DNA of 64,000 bases, taken from Candidatus Bipolaricaulota bacterium (GTDB lineage Bacteria; Bipolaricaulota; Bipolaricaulia; UBA7950; UBA9294). Positions 10,075 through 20,033 of the stretch are shown piece after piece. The position numbers and the translations under genes were made by a program. The notes under the pieces are model-generated. The model did not search any database and was not told the origin of the DNA. It saw only the letters and a program-made list of their open reading frames with translations. Each line of letters opens with the position of its first letter. Positions within the stretch are counted from its first letter, which is position 1. The stretch spans positions 206 to 64,205 of the forward strand of contig JANQGM010000011.1 of the NCBI GenBank assembly GCA_028277345.1, read 5' to 3'.

Positions 10075-11007
10075 TCAGATCGCGTTTGTGTCTCCAGGCG
10101 TTTTGGGGAACAGCCGCGCCTCTTCGATGCGATCGAGGCCGGCGATGTAGCGCGTCAATCGCTCAATGCCGATGCCGAACCCTGCCGACCGTGGGACCCC
10201 GCGCTCGACTTCTTCGAGATAGCGTTCGAACTTGGCTTTTGGAATGCTGTCACGATCGAGCCGGTCGTGAATGCGGGCCAACTCATACTCACGCTCACCG
10301 CCGGACAGTGCCTCGCCATAGCCCTCGGGATACATCAGATCCATGTCCAACAACACCTCCGGACGTTCCGGATCTTCGCGGTCGTAGAATTCGCGAATGC
10401 GGCGCGGAAAGTCGACGACCCACGCCGGTCCTACCAGCGTCGTCGACAGCGCATCGTCAAACGGCTCGCCGAAGCGCGCTGCGGCATCCGCATAGCTGAC
10501 GCGCTCAAACGGCACGCTCGGCACCGCAATCTCGCGTTCCAGCACCGTCAGCTCCTCGGCACATGATTCGCGAACCGCACTCAGGATGGCTACGACAAGT
10601 CCTTCGCCAACGGCCATGATGTCGTCCCGGCTCGCATCGCGCACTTCCAAGTCAAGCTGCACGAACTCGGCCAAGTAGCGTCCGGCACTCGCTCGCTCGG
10701 CGGGCTCCATCCGTACGTTGGGGGCAAAGCAGAAGATCTTGGGCAACGTTCGTAGCGCGATCTGCTTGTGGAAGATCATGCTCTTCATCAGCTGATAGGG
10801 AACGCCATAGAAATCGACCGCGCCATCGTAGGTCTCGTGGTGCAAGGGATCGGTCACCGGGGACAGCAAGACGGGAAGGATTTCGACAAATCCCTTGGAT
10901 CGCAAATACTCGCCAGCGCTTCGCACAATCTCGCTCTTGATCGTCAATACAGCTCGTCGTTCACTCTCAGTTCTAATCCTCATGATGATGTCCTTTGATG
11001 ATTTCAT
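10075..11007 (-). CDS. Class II aminoacyl-tRNA-synthetase-like catalytic core without anticodon-binding domain (AsnA-type asparagine synthetase / AsnRS paralog-like)
   Basis: Class II motif 1 (GFVEILPVLLSP), motif 2 (FCFAPNVRMEP...R), motif 3 (SAGFGIGIERLTRYIAG); 310 aa. Alternative start at MRIR (10983) has AAAGGA RBS. Confidence 0.55.
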   Translation of the reverse strand: MKSSKDIIMRIRTESERRAVLTIKSEIVRSAGEYLRSKGFVEILPVLLSPVTDPLHHETYDGAVDFYGVPYQLMKSMIFHKQIALRTLPKIFCFAPNVRMEPAERASAGRYLAEFVQLDLEVRDASRDDIMAVGEGLVVAILSAVRESCAEELTVLEREIAVPSVPFERVSYADAAARFGEPFDDALSTTLVGPAWVVDFPRRIREFYDREDPERPEVLLDMDLMYPEGYGEALSGGEREYELARIHDRLDRDSIPKAKFERYLEEVERGVPRSAGFGIGIERLTRYIAGLDRIEEARLFPKTPGDTNAI

Positions 11008-11421
11008 TCAGGTCCGAAAAGCGGACGATTGGGTTGATGGGACCGCCATTCCGCTATAGCCGCCCGAGAAAGACATCATTCAGCTTTCTCGAAGCAACTT
11101 GCAGAGTTGCCAGGCGCCGCATGTTCAAACCAAACCGGGCGGCCAACTGACCGCAGGGCTAGGCTTGTCTAGACGGGAGTGCTCGCGTCAGCGAGCCGTC
11201 GTCTAGGCGGCGTTCGGATTAGCTTGTTGAGAGAAGAGGGGATGTTGATTCTGCTGCACGTCGTTCCTTCGATTGAAAGTTCGCGCGCATGTTGCTGTTG
11301 CCATGATTACCACCTCTTCATTTGAGATGAGCCACTATAGCGTGAGACGTCTTCAAGACCAAATGCCAATGTCTCCCACGCCAAGGGACGACGATATACT
11401 TGAACCCTGGGAAGGAGAGCC

Positions 11422-12483
11422 ATGGAACCCGTTCGTACCGTTCGACCCGTTCGCATCGCGCTCATCGGCGCAGGCAATCTGGGCCGCCGTTTCAGCCGCA
11501 TCGTGATGGACAAGCATGAGGAGCTGATCTCACGCTACAGCCTCGATCTGCAACTCATCGGCGTCGCCGACTCGGGTGGTGCCGCCATCGATCCCGAGGG
11601 ATTGGACGGCCATGCCATCGCCCGCATCAAGGAACGCGGCGGCAGCGTGGGCGAGCTACCTGACGCAGGACATCCCGGTATGAGCGGATTGGAGCTACTG
11701 GACGCCGTCGATGCGGATGTGCTGTGCGAAGCCGGACCCGTGAATCTCGACGCGAACAGCGAACCCGGACTCTCTCACGTTCGCCGTGCGCTGGAGAAGG
11801 GCATGCACGTCTCCACCCCCAACAAGGGTCCCATGGTGCTGGCTTACCAGGAGCTGGTGGCCCTAGCCGCAACGAACGGTGTGCAATTGCACTTCGACGG
11901 CACCGTCGCCGGAGGCCTGCCTGCCATGGCCTTGGGAGCCCGCGATCTACGCGGCGCGACCATTGAGAGAATCGAAGCCGTGCCCAACCTCACCACTGGG
12001 TATGTCCTCGACCTCCTTGCCGATGGCCTGGCCTGGGATGACGCCGTCGGGCAAGCGCGCGATGCCGGAGCCCTGGAAGGCGATGGAGTCTGGGATCTCG
12101 ACGGCTGGGACGCAACCGCCAAGCTCGCCATCCTCGCGCAAGCCGTGTTGGACGTCAACGTCAATCTGCACGACATCCCCATGACCGGCATCCGAGACAT
12201 CGACTTGAACTGGATACAACACTCCAGACGAGAGGGCTCGATTGTGCGATTGCTCGCCACCGCCGTCCGATGTCCCGAAGGGGCGTATCAACTCAACGTC
12301 GAACCGGCCGTACTCGGTTCCGACCATCCCCTCGGCCATCTCGGCGCCAAACACATGGGCATCGTCTACCGCACCGACCTCTTCGGAACCATCACATCCG
12401 TGATCGAAGAAGAAACGCCCGTACCGAGCGCCGCTTCGATGCTCAGGGATATCATGAGTATCGTAGCAGCTAACCCCATCTAG
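11422..12483 (+). CDS. hom: Homoserine dehydrogenase family protein
   Basis: N-terminal Rossmann GAGNLG, catalytic-domain signature (NKGPMVLAYQEL...FDGTVAGGLP); GGAGAG RBS. Confidence 0.8.
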   Translation: MEPVRTVRPVRIALIGAGNLGRRFSRIVMDKHEELISRYSLDLQLIGVADSGGAAIDPEGLDGHAIARIKERGGSVGELPDAGHPGMSGLELLDAVDADVLCEAGPVNLDANSEPGLSHVRRALEKGMHVSTPNKGPMVLAYQELVALAATNGVQLHFDGTVAGGLPAMALGARDLRGATIERIEAVPNLTTGYVLDLLADGLAWDDAVGQARDAGALEGDGVWDLDGWDATAKLAILAQAVLDVNVNLHDIPMTGIRDIDLNWIQHSRREGSIVRLLATAVRCPEGAYQLNVEPAVLGSDHPLGHLGAKHMGIVYRTDLFGTITSVIEEETPVPSAASMLRDIMSIVAANPI

Positions 12484-12540
12484 AGAACGGCCTCACGAGC
12501 TTCGCCGTTCTCACAAGCTGGCCCTTCATTGGTGACATGG

Positions 12541-12660
12541 CCAGCCGATGTCCTCGAAAGCAACGCCCTCCAGTATTCACATGCGTTGCCGTTGCCAGAC
12601 CCTTCCACAAGGACAGTTAAAGAATCGATGTCCTTGCAAGCAATGCGAAGCATTGCCACT
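12541..12660. repeat. Copy of dispersed REP-like element (two GATGTCCTCG..GCAA modules flanking GTTGCCAGACCCTTCCACAAGGACAG)
   Basis: Shares core with elements at 4111, 9623, 25580. Confidence 0.55.
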
Positions 12661-12741
12661 GATGACGGCTGCGCCACTCATTCTTCAGCCGGATAAGCTA
12701 TATCCCCCTTGGATTAAGTACGATTTGGTTGTAGGGGTTGG

Positions 12742-13587
12742 GTGTGGTGTATGATTGATCGAGGAGGATTTACATACGTGGCGGTCAAAAGACGTATCTT
12801 CGAGATCCTAGAAGTAGCCCATGTCGGCGATTTGGCGAGCCGCTGGTTTGATGTATTCATCATTGGCCTGATCGCACTAAACGTGCTAACACTCATTCTG
12901 GGCACCGTTCCGTCATTGCATGGTGCCTATCAGGTTTTCAGGATCTTCGAGATTATCTCTGTGATTGTCTTCACCATCGAGTACGCGCTGAGATTGTGGA
13001 CCTGCAAGGAGAATCCGGATGTAACACTCAAGCGGTTTCCCCGGCTACGTTTCGCAGGTCGAGGAATGTTGATCATCGATCTCATGGCCATCCTTCCGTT
13101 CTACATTGCGTTGCTAGTACCAGCGGCGAGAGCGCTTGACTTACGTGTATTGCGAGCGATTCGCCTCACTCGCATCTTCCGGCTGTTCAAGTTAGGTCGG
13201 TACTCGGAATCGCTCAAAATCATGGGCAAGGTTTTTCGTGCCAAGCGTGAGGAATTAGGTATCACCGTCTTCGTACTCGTGATTCTCCTGATCATCGCTT
13301 CGTCGCTCATGTATTTCATTGAGAACCCAGGCCAGCCAGACGCCTTCTCCAGCATTCCAGCCTCGCTGTGGTGGGGGGTTGCGACCCTGACAACCGTCGG
13401 GTACGGCGATATTGTTCCCTTGACTGCACTCGGCAAAGCACTGGGAATGATTATTGCAGTACTTGGAATCGGACTTTTCGCTCTGCCTGCAGGCATTCTC
13501 GGTTCCGGTTTTGTCGAAGCTTTCGGTAGTTCCAAAGGCGAGCAACTGGTTTGCCCGCACTGCGGAAAAGGGATCCGAATGTCATGA
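12742..13587 (+). CDS. Voltage-gated potassium channel (Kv-like; S1-S4 sensor with RxxRxxRxxR S4, pore TVGYGD), C-terminal CxxC tail
   Basis: Selectivity filter TTVGYGD, S4 'RVLRAIRLTRIFRLFKLGR'; stop TGA overlaps hsdR ATG (ATGA). Confidence 0.85.
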   Translation: MWCMIDRGGFTYVAVKRRIFEILEVAHVGDLASRWFDVFIIGLIALNVLTLILGTVPSLHGAYQVFRIFEIISVIVFTIEYALRLWTCKENPDVTLKRFPRLRFAGRGMLIIDLMAILPFYIALLVPAARALDLRVLRAIRLTRIFRLFKLGRYSESLKIMGKVFRAKREELGITVFVLVILLIIASSLMYFIENPGQPDAFSSIPASLWWGVATLTTVGYGDIVPLTALGKALGMIIAVLGIGLFALPAGILGSGFVEAFGSSKGEQLVCPHCGKGIRMS

Positions 13588-16433
13588 CCACACCGGAAGA
13601 ACGCGCAAGAGAAACTATCGACGCCAAGCTCGCCGAGTCAGGTTGGGTCGTTCAATCGCGAACAGAGATCAATCTCTCTGCTGGCCCAGGCGTCGCCATT
13701 CGCGAATTCCCGATGGCCAACGGCACGGGCTATGCTGACTACCTTCTCTTCGTGAACGCCGAAGCAGTAGGCGTCCTCGAAGCCAAACCTGAAGGACACA
13801 CACTCACCGGAGTCGAGATCCAGACTAATGACTACACCAATGGCTTCGCCTACGACATTCAAACGCCGATCGAGCCACTTCCTTTCCGTTATATCAGCAC
13901 GGGGACGGAAACCATCTTCTGGAACCATCTCGATCCTCACCCTCGCAGCCGAGAGATCTTCCAGTTTCATCGCCCGGACACACTGAAGGAATGGATCGGC
14001 TTCGAGAAGCTTCCGGAATGGTGCAGCGATTGGCATCCACAAGAGGGGCCCTATGCACCAGATCCAAGCTATCCATCGTCGTTGCGATCCAGGATTCAGA
14101 CGCTGCCCTCAGTCAACAAGAGCACACTCTATCCCAACCAGCTGCAAGCGGTTCAGAATCTCGAAGCATCACTCAAAGCCGATCACCCGCGAGCACTCAT
14201 TCAGATGGCCACTGGCTCCGGCAAGACAATCATGGCCATCACTGCCGTCTATCGTTTGATCAAATACGGTGGTGCTCGCCGCATTCTGTTCCTCGTCGAT
14301 CGCGGCAATCTGGGCGAGCAGGCTGAGAAGGAGTTCGCAAACTTCGTCACGCCTGACAGCAACCGCAAGTTCACTGAACTCTACAACGTCCAGCGACTTC
14401 TATCGAACACCGTCGGCTCGTCAACCAAAGTCGTGATCTCAACGATTCAACGGTTGTACTCAATGCTCAAGGGCGAGCCCGAGTTCGATCCAGCAGACGA
14501 GGAACAATCCCTTTATGGAGCCGGAATCGATGAGAAACGCGAACCCTGGCCGGTGGTCTACAACGAGACCATTCCCCCCGAGTATTTCGATGTCATCGTG
14601 ATCGACGAGTGTCATCGCTCCATCTACTCCGTCTGGCGGCAAGTGCTCGACTACTTCGACGCCTACCTCATCGGCCTTACTGCCACTCCGGCGAAGCACA
14701 CGTTCGGCTTCTTCAAGAAGAACCTCGTCATGGAGTATCGACACGAGGATGCCGTCGCCGACAACGTCAACGTCGATTTCGAGGTCTACAACATCCGTAC
14801 CAGGATCTCGCAAGAAGGCGCAACGCTCAAAGCATCTGAGACGCCTGCCATCGGCATTCGCGATCGACAAACCCGCGCCGTGCGCTGGGAGCAACCGGAT
14901 GAAGACATCGAATACGCAGGCAAGGATCTCGACCGATCGGTGGTTGCCGAAGACCAAATCCGCACCATCCTCACGACTTATCGAGACAAGGTGCGAACCG
15001 AAATCTTTGCAGGAAGGAAGCACGTCCCGAAGACTCTCATCTTCGCCAAGAGCGATGCACACGCCGAAGACATCGTCCGAATCGCGCGCGAGGTCTTTGA
15101 GAAGGGCAACGACTTCATCCAGAAGATCACCTACAAGACCACAGGCGCGAAACCCGCAGACCTGATCCAGCACTTCCGCAACAGCATGTATCCACGTATC
15201 GCTGTCACCGTGGACATGATTGCTACCGGCACCGACATCCGGCCCATCGAGGTCGTGATGTTCATGCGCATGGTCAAGAGCCGGGTACAGTTCGAACAGA
15301 TGAAGGGACGCGGCGTTCGCATCATCGATCCCAACGAACTGAAATCGGCCACGCCCGATGCCGAAGCCAAGACGCACTTCGTCCTGGTCGACTGTGTCGG
15401 CGTGACCGAGAGTAAATCACGCGATACACAGCCACTTGAGCGTAATAAGTCGATTGCCTTCAAAGCGCTGCTCGAACACGTTGCCCTTGGCGGCACGAAT
15501 CCCGACATGCTCAGTTCGCTGGCCAGTCGTCTCGCGCGACTCGATAAGCAATGTGACGAGAAGCAGCGCGCACACTTGACTGAAGTCGCTGGGGGCAAGC
15601 GTCTCTCGGAAATCGACCACGCTATCATCCGCGCGCTCAATCCCGATGAGCATGAAGCGAGAGCCCGGCAAACGCACGGGCTGAGCGAAGGCCAAGAACC
15701 GTCTGAAGGCCAGCTCGAAGCGGCTCGGCGTGAATTGCTGAAGGAAGCGGCAGAGCCGCTGGCCACCAACCCCGAGCTACGTAAGACATTGATCGAGACC
15801 AAGCGTTCGTTCGACCAGATCATCGATGACATCAGCCTCGACGAGTTGCTCAAAGCCGGTCCGTCTGTCGATGGCACCGAGAAGGCAAAGACTATTATCG
15901 CGTCGTTCGAGGAATTCCTAGCTACCCACAAGGATGAGATCGCCGCGCTTCAGTTCTTCTACGCTCAGCCGTACGGCAAGCGATTGACCTACGACGATAT
16001 CAAGACGCTACACGAAGCGATCCAAGCACCGCCACGATTGCTGACGCCCCAAAAGCTGTGGGCGGCGTACAAGACGCTGGAGGCCAACAAGGTTCGCGGT
16101 GCGAGCGCCCAGCGGCGATTGACCGACATTGTCAATCTTGTCCGTTTCGCGCTGCATCAGGCCGACGAGTTGGTACCCTATCCGGACGAAGTAGAATCTC
16201 GTTTCGAGAAGTGGCTCAATCTACAAGAAGCTCGGGGGCGATCGTTCACGTTGGAGCAGAAGCGGTGGCTGGTGATGATTCGCGATCATATTGCACAGAG
16301 CTTGGAGATCGACTTCGGTGATTTCGATTTCGTGCCGTTCAATGCCGAGGGCGGCATCGGCAAGGCTCGGGAGTTGTTTGGGACGGAGCTGAGGGCGCTG
16401 ATGGATGAGCTAAATGGGGTGTTGGTGTCGTGA
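13584..16433 (+). CDS. hsdR: Type I restriction enzyme R subunit (HsdR)
   Basis: HsdR_N domain (ETIDAKLAESGW...ADYLLF), SF2 helicase motifs (MATGSGKT, DECH as VIVIDECHRS, SAT-like, QxxGRGxR as KGRGVRI). Confidence 0.9.
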   Translation: MTTPEERARETIDAKLAESGWVVQSRTEINLSAGPGVAIREFPMANGTGYADYLLFVNAEAVGVLEAKPEGHTLTGVEIQTNDYTNGFAYDIQTPIEPLPFRYISTGTETIFWNHLDPHPRSREIFQFHRPDTLKEWIGFEKLPEWCSDWHPQEGPYAPDPSYPSSLRSRIQTLPSVNKSTLYPNQLQAVQNLEASLKADHPRALIQMATGSGKTIMAITAVYRLIKYGGARRILFLVDRGNLGEQAEKEFANFVTPDSNRKFTELYNVQRLLSNTVGSSTKVVISTIQRLYSMLKGEPEFDPADEEQSLYGAGIDEKREPWPVVYNETIPPEYFDVIVIDECHRSIYSVWRQVLDYFDAYLIGLTATPAKHTFGFFKKNLVMEYRHEDAVADNVNVDFEVYNIRTRISQEGATLKASETPAIGIRDRQTRAVRWEQPDEDIEYAGKDLDRSVVAEDQIRTILTTYRDKVRTEIFAGRKHVPKTLIFAKSDAHAEDIVRIAREVFEKGNDFIQKITYKTTGAKPADLIQHFRNSMYPRIAVTVDMIATGTDIRPIEVVMFMRMVKSRVQFEQMKGRGVRIIDPNELKSATPDAEAKTHFVLVDCVGVTESKSRDTQPLERNKSIAFKALLEHVALGGTNPDMLSSLASRLARLDKQCDEKQRAHLTEVAGGKRLSEIDHAIIRALNPDEHEARARQTHGLSEGQEPSEGQLEAARRELLKEAAEPLATNPELRKTLIETKRSFDQIIDDISLDELLKAGPSVDGTEKAKTIIASFEEFLATHKDEIAALQFFYAQPYGKRLTYDDIKTLHEAIQAPPRLLTPQKLWAAYKTLEANKVRGASAQRRLTDIVNLVRFALHQADELVPYPDEVESRFEKWLNLQEARGRSFTLEQKRWLVMIRDHIAQSLEIDFGDFDFVPFNAEGGIGKARELFGTELRALMDELNGVLVS

Positions 16434-17968
16434 GGAACTTCGTTCCGGCTGGCTGGAAAATCGCAGAGCTCGATTCGGTAGCTGGGATCACGCTCGGCCA
16501 AAGCCCTCCGAGCTCGACGTACAACACGGTCGGAGACGGGCTACCGTTCTTTCAGGGGAAGGCTGAGTTTGGGGCGCTGTCACCGACCCCAGTCAAGTGG
16601 TGCTCAGCCCCGGTCCGTGTTGCTCATCCCGGAGATGTGCTGATCTCGGTTCGTGCGCCGGTCGGCCCTACGAACTTGGCGGACACAGAATGCTGCATAG
16701 GACGTGGCCTGGCAGCGATCACGCCTCTTGGGGGTATGCCGTCCAAGTACTACCTCTACTACCTTCGTCACTCCGTTGAAGAACTGGTGCGTCAAGCAAC
16801 GGGCTCAACGTTCCAAGCCATCAACGGCAAGCAGCTCCGAGCCCACACAACCCTCGTCCCACCGCTTCCCGAGCAGCGCCGCATCGTCGAGACGATTGAG
16901 TCGCATCTGACGCGGCTCGATGATGCTGTTGCCTCGCTGGAGCGTGTACAGCGGAACCTCGAACGCTATCGCGCATCCGTCCTCAAGGCCGCCGTCGAAG
17001 GCCGCCTCGTCTCCACCGAAGCCGAACTGGCTCGCCAAGAAGGCCGAGACTATGAGACTGCCGACGTTCTCCTCGAACGCATTCTCGCCGAACGCAAGAC
17101 CCGCTGGATCGGAGACGCCGCCGAGAAGTCCCGCGCCAAGGCCGAAGCAAAAGCCCTCAAGGCGAGCAAGCCTTGGACTCTCGAAGACAAAGCCAAGGCG
17201 CGGGTGACCGCCGAAACCAAGTATAAGGAGCCACAGGCACCCGACACCACCGACCTCGCAGACCTCCCCGAAGGCTGGTGCTGGACCACGATCGACATCA
17301 CATCGAAGAATCATTCCCGTTCGATCTGCGCGGGCCCATTCGGGACGATCTTTAAGGCGAAGGATTTCCGGCCTGAGGGTGTTCCTATCATCTTCCTGAG
17401 GCATGTGAAGCCAGATGAGTACAGAAGGGGGAAGCCCACCTACATGGATCGCGCCAAGTGGGATGAGCTCTTTGAGCAGTACTCGGTCTTCGGGGGGGAA
17501 CTGCTGGTGACCAAGCTGGGTGATCCCCCTGGGGAGTGCGCTGTCTTCCCTAGGAGCGAAGGGACTGCGATGCTCACGCCTGACGTGATGAAGCTTGAGG
17601 TCCACAGAGAGTTGTCACCTCGCTACATCATGCACTACATGAACTCCCTGATCGCAAAGCAGTTCGCGTTCGGTGTCGCATTCGGCACAACGCGGCTCCG
17701 CCTCACGCTCCCCTTGTTCAGATCGCTCCTCGTCCCCATCCCACCGCTTGACGAGCAGGATCGGATTGTCGAGGCAGCGGATCGTCAGCTCTCGCTCGCC
17801 AAGAGCCTCGAGGACGAGGCCGAGATGGGCCTGCGTCGGATCGGCAGACTGCGGCAAGCGATTCTCAAGTGGGCCTTCGAGGGGAAGCTGGTCGAGCAGG
17901 ATCCAGCTGACGAGCCCTCGTCGGCGCTCTTGGATCGGATCCGATCGAGGGAAGCAGGTGCTGGATGA
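16430..17968 (+). CDS. hsdS: Type I restriction-modification specificity subunit (HsdS), two TRDs with conserved central and C-terminal coiled-coil repeats
   Basis: Duplicated TRD architecture and conserved 'LPPLxEQxRIVexxd' repeats after each TRD; GTG overlaps hsdR stop. Confidence 0.85.
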   Translation: MRNFVPAGWKIAELDSVAGITLGQSPPSSTYNTVGDGLPFFQGKAEFGALSPTPVKWCSAPVRVAHPGDVLISVRAPVGPTNLADTECCIGRGLAAITPLGGMPSKYYLYYLRHSVEELVRQATGSTFQAINGKQLRAHTTLVPPLPEQRRIVETIESHLTRLDDAVASLERVQRNLERYRASVLKAAVEGRLVSTEAELARQEGRDYETADVLLERILAERKTRWIGDAAEKSRAKAEAKALKASKPWTLEDKAKARVTAETKYKEPQAPDTTDLADLPEGWCWTTIDITSKNHSRSICAGPFGTIFKAKDFRPEGVPIIFLRHVKPDEYRRGKPTYMDRAKWDELFEQYSVFGGELLVTKLGDPPGECAVFPRSEGTAMLTPDVMKLEVHRELSPRYIMHYMNSLIAKQFAFGVAFGTTRLRLTLPLFRSLLVPIPPLDEQDRIVEAADRQLSLAKSLEDEAEMGLRRIGRLRQAILKWAFEGKLVEQDPADEPSSALLDRIRSREAGAG

Positions 17969-18486
17969 GTAATCAGGAACTCAACGCCGCACGCGAGCGG
18001 GTCGACTCAAAGCTACGGTATGCCTACGTCATGCAGGCTGATCTCCGCGGGATGCCTCGACGCGGAAGTGACGACGAACGTGCTCATCAGGAGGCGTTTC
18101 TCTTCCACCTGCTGGGTACACGAGATGCTTTGCTCCAGGAGATGAACGTATTCTACGGTCTGGGGTTGGATAGGAAGTCTGTGAGCATTGGCTCCATCCG
18201 CGACGGGCTTGCCGCCGCAGGCAAGTCGTCCGGTGCACTCACGAAGCTCGTCGCGATCGAGAGCGATTCCTCAAGTTGGCTGAACTGCGCCAAGGACATG
18301 AGGAACCATGCAACACATCGCGCCAATGTGGGCCGACACTTCTATCAGGGCGGCCCGAAGAGCGGTCAGGCATCACTGAGAGACACGAGAACGGGCAAGG
18401 AGATCGATAAGGACTATGTTGACCTTCACGATGACTGGCTAAACAAAATGGGCAAACTCGTGACAGACCTGAGAACCCTGATGTAG
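17965..18486 (+). CDS. HEPN-like (DUF4145-like) protein inserted between hsdS and hsdM
   Basis: 173 aa, predicted all-helical; C-terminal Rx4H motif (RNHATHR) typical of HEPN RNase superfamily; ATG overlaps hsdS stop (ATGA). Family assignment is inference. Confidence 0.5.
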   Translation: MSNQELNAARERVDSKLRYAYVMQADLRGMPRRGSDDERAHQEAFLFHLLGTRDALLQEMNVFYGLGLDRKSVSIGSIRDGLAAAGKSSGALTKLVAIESDSSSWLNCAKDMRNHATHRANVGRHFYQGGPKSGQASLRDTRTGKEIDKDYVDLHDDWLNKMGKLVTDLRTLM

Positions 18487-18494
18487 GAGGGACA

Positions 18495-20033
18495 TTGGCG
18501 GACAACAGCAACGGCGCACTCGCAGCGAAGCTCTGGTCCTACTGCCATCTGCTCCGCGACGATGGACTGAGCTACCAGGACTATCTCGAGCAACTCACTT
18601 TCCTGCTCTTCCTCAAAATGGCTGAAGAGCGCGAAAACATGACTGGGGAACCGACGCCGATTCCCGAAGGCTATCGGTGGAGCAACCTATCAGCACCGGC
18701 GATGACAGGCGAGAAGCTGGAGGCGCATTACCGCAAGACTTTAGAGGAACTAGCCAAAGCATCGGGTATGCTCGGGCTTATCTTCCGCAAGAGCCAGAAC
18801 AAGATTCAGGACCCGGCCAAGCTGCGCCAACTCATCATCGAACTCATTGGTAAAGAAGACTGGCTATCCATGACGTCCGACGTGAAGGGCGATGCCTACG
18901 AGGCGTTGCTGGAACGGAACGCCCAGGACACAAAGTCAGGCGCAGGCCAGTACTTCACCCCTCGCCCGCTGATCGATGCTCTCGTGGACTGTGTCCAGCC
19001 ACATCCGGACGAGGTCGTGTGCGATCCGGCCTGCGGTACCGGAGGCTTCCTACTCTCGGCCTATCAGTTCATGAGCAAGGGCGAGCTTGATCGGGATGAG
19101 AAGCGACATCTGAAGTACCACGCGCTTCGGGGCGTAGAACTTGTGGATGGCGTCAGCCGCCTCTGCGCGATGAACCTCTTCCTTCACGGCATCGGCCCGG
19201 ATGACGGCGAGTACGAGCCACCCATTCGCACCGACGACAGCCTGCGTAATGAACCAGCAGAACACTACCCGGTCGTCGTCACAAATCCGCCATTCGGGAA
19301 GAAATCGAGCATCACCATCGTCAATGAAGCGGGAGAGACCGACAAACAGGCAATCAGCTACAACCGTCCTGACTTCTGGACCACAACCACCAACAAGCAA
19401 CTCAACTTCGTCCAGCATATCAAGAGTCTGCTTGCCCAGAACGGCCGCGCCGCTGTCGTCGTGCCCGACAATGTGCTCTTCGAAGGTGGCGCGGGCGAGA
19501 CCGTGCGGCGGAAGCTGATGCACGAGTGTAACCTCCACACCATCCTGCGCCTGCCAACCGGCATCTTCTATGCCCAAGGCGTGAAAGCGAACGTCATCTT
19601 CTTCGAGCGCAAGCCCGCCAGTGAGACACCGTGGACAAAGACCGTCTGGATCTACGATCTACGCACCAACAAGCACTTCACCCTCAAGCAGAACCGTATG
19701 AAACGCGCCGACCTCGACGAGTTCGTTGCCTGCTACAACCCCGAGAACAGGCACGAACGAACGCCGACCTGGTCCGAGGGGAATCCTGATGGCCGCTGGC
19801 GCGCCTATGCCTACGACGAAATCATCGCCCGCGACAAGGCTAGCCTCGACATCTTCTGGCTCCGCGACGAAGGCCTCGAAGATAGCGCCAACCTCCCAGA
19901 TCCCGACATCCTCGCCGCCGAAATCATCGAGGACCTCCAATCCGCCCTTGAAGAACTCCAGGCCATCTCTGTCGACCTCGCCCAAACCCCAGGAGCTCAA
20001 GAAAGGAGAAGAAATGCAAACACCTCCCAGTAG
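18495..20033 (+). CDS. hsdM: Type I restriction-modification N6-adenine DNA methyltransferase subunit (HsdM)
   Basis: HsdM_N domain, SAM motif I (DPACGTGGFL), motif IV NPPFG. Confidence 0.9.
   Translation: MADNSNGALAAKLWSYCHLLRDDGLSYQDYLEQLTFLLFLKMAEERENMTGEPTPIPEGYRWSNLSAPAMTGEKLEAHYRKTLEELAKASGMLGLIFRKSQNKIQDPAKLRQLIIELIGKEDWLSMTSDVKGDAYEALLERNAQDTKSGAGQYFTPRPLIDALVDCVQPHPDEVVCDPACGTGGFLLSAYQFMSKGELDRDEKRHLKYHALRGVELVDGVSRLCAMNLFLHGIGPDDGEYEPPIRTDDSLRNEPAEHYPVVVTNPPFGKKSSITIVNEAGETDKQAISYNRPDFWTTTTNKQLNFVQHIKSLLAQNGRAAVVVPDNVLFEGGAGETVRRKLMHECNLHTILRLPTGIFYAQGVKANVIFFERKPASETPWTKTVWIYDLRTNKHFTLKQNRMKRADLDEFVACYNPENRHERTPTWSEGNPDGRWRAYAYDEIIARDKASLDIFWLRDEGLEDSANLPDPDILAAEIIEDLQSALEELQAISVDLAQTPGAQERRRNANTSQ

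Noticed and set aside
11130-11215. Nested hairpin (TCTAGACGG...GCTCGCgtcaGCGAGC...CCGTCGTCTAGA) in the divergent region between the aaRS-like gene and hom
   Set aside because: Could be a riboswitch or attenuator, but there is no recognisable conserved riboswitch core, so it is left uncalled.
19726-20013. Upstream extension of the post-hsdM membrane-protein ORF
   Set aside because: Overlaps hsdM coding sequence in another frame; the internal ATG at 20014 has a proper RBS.
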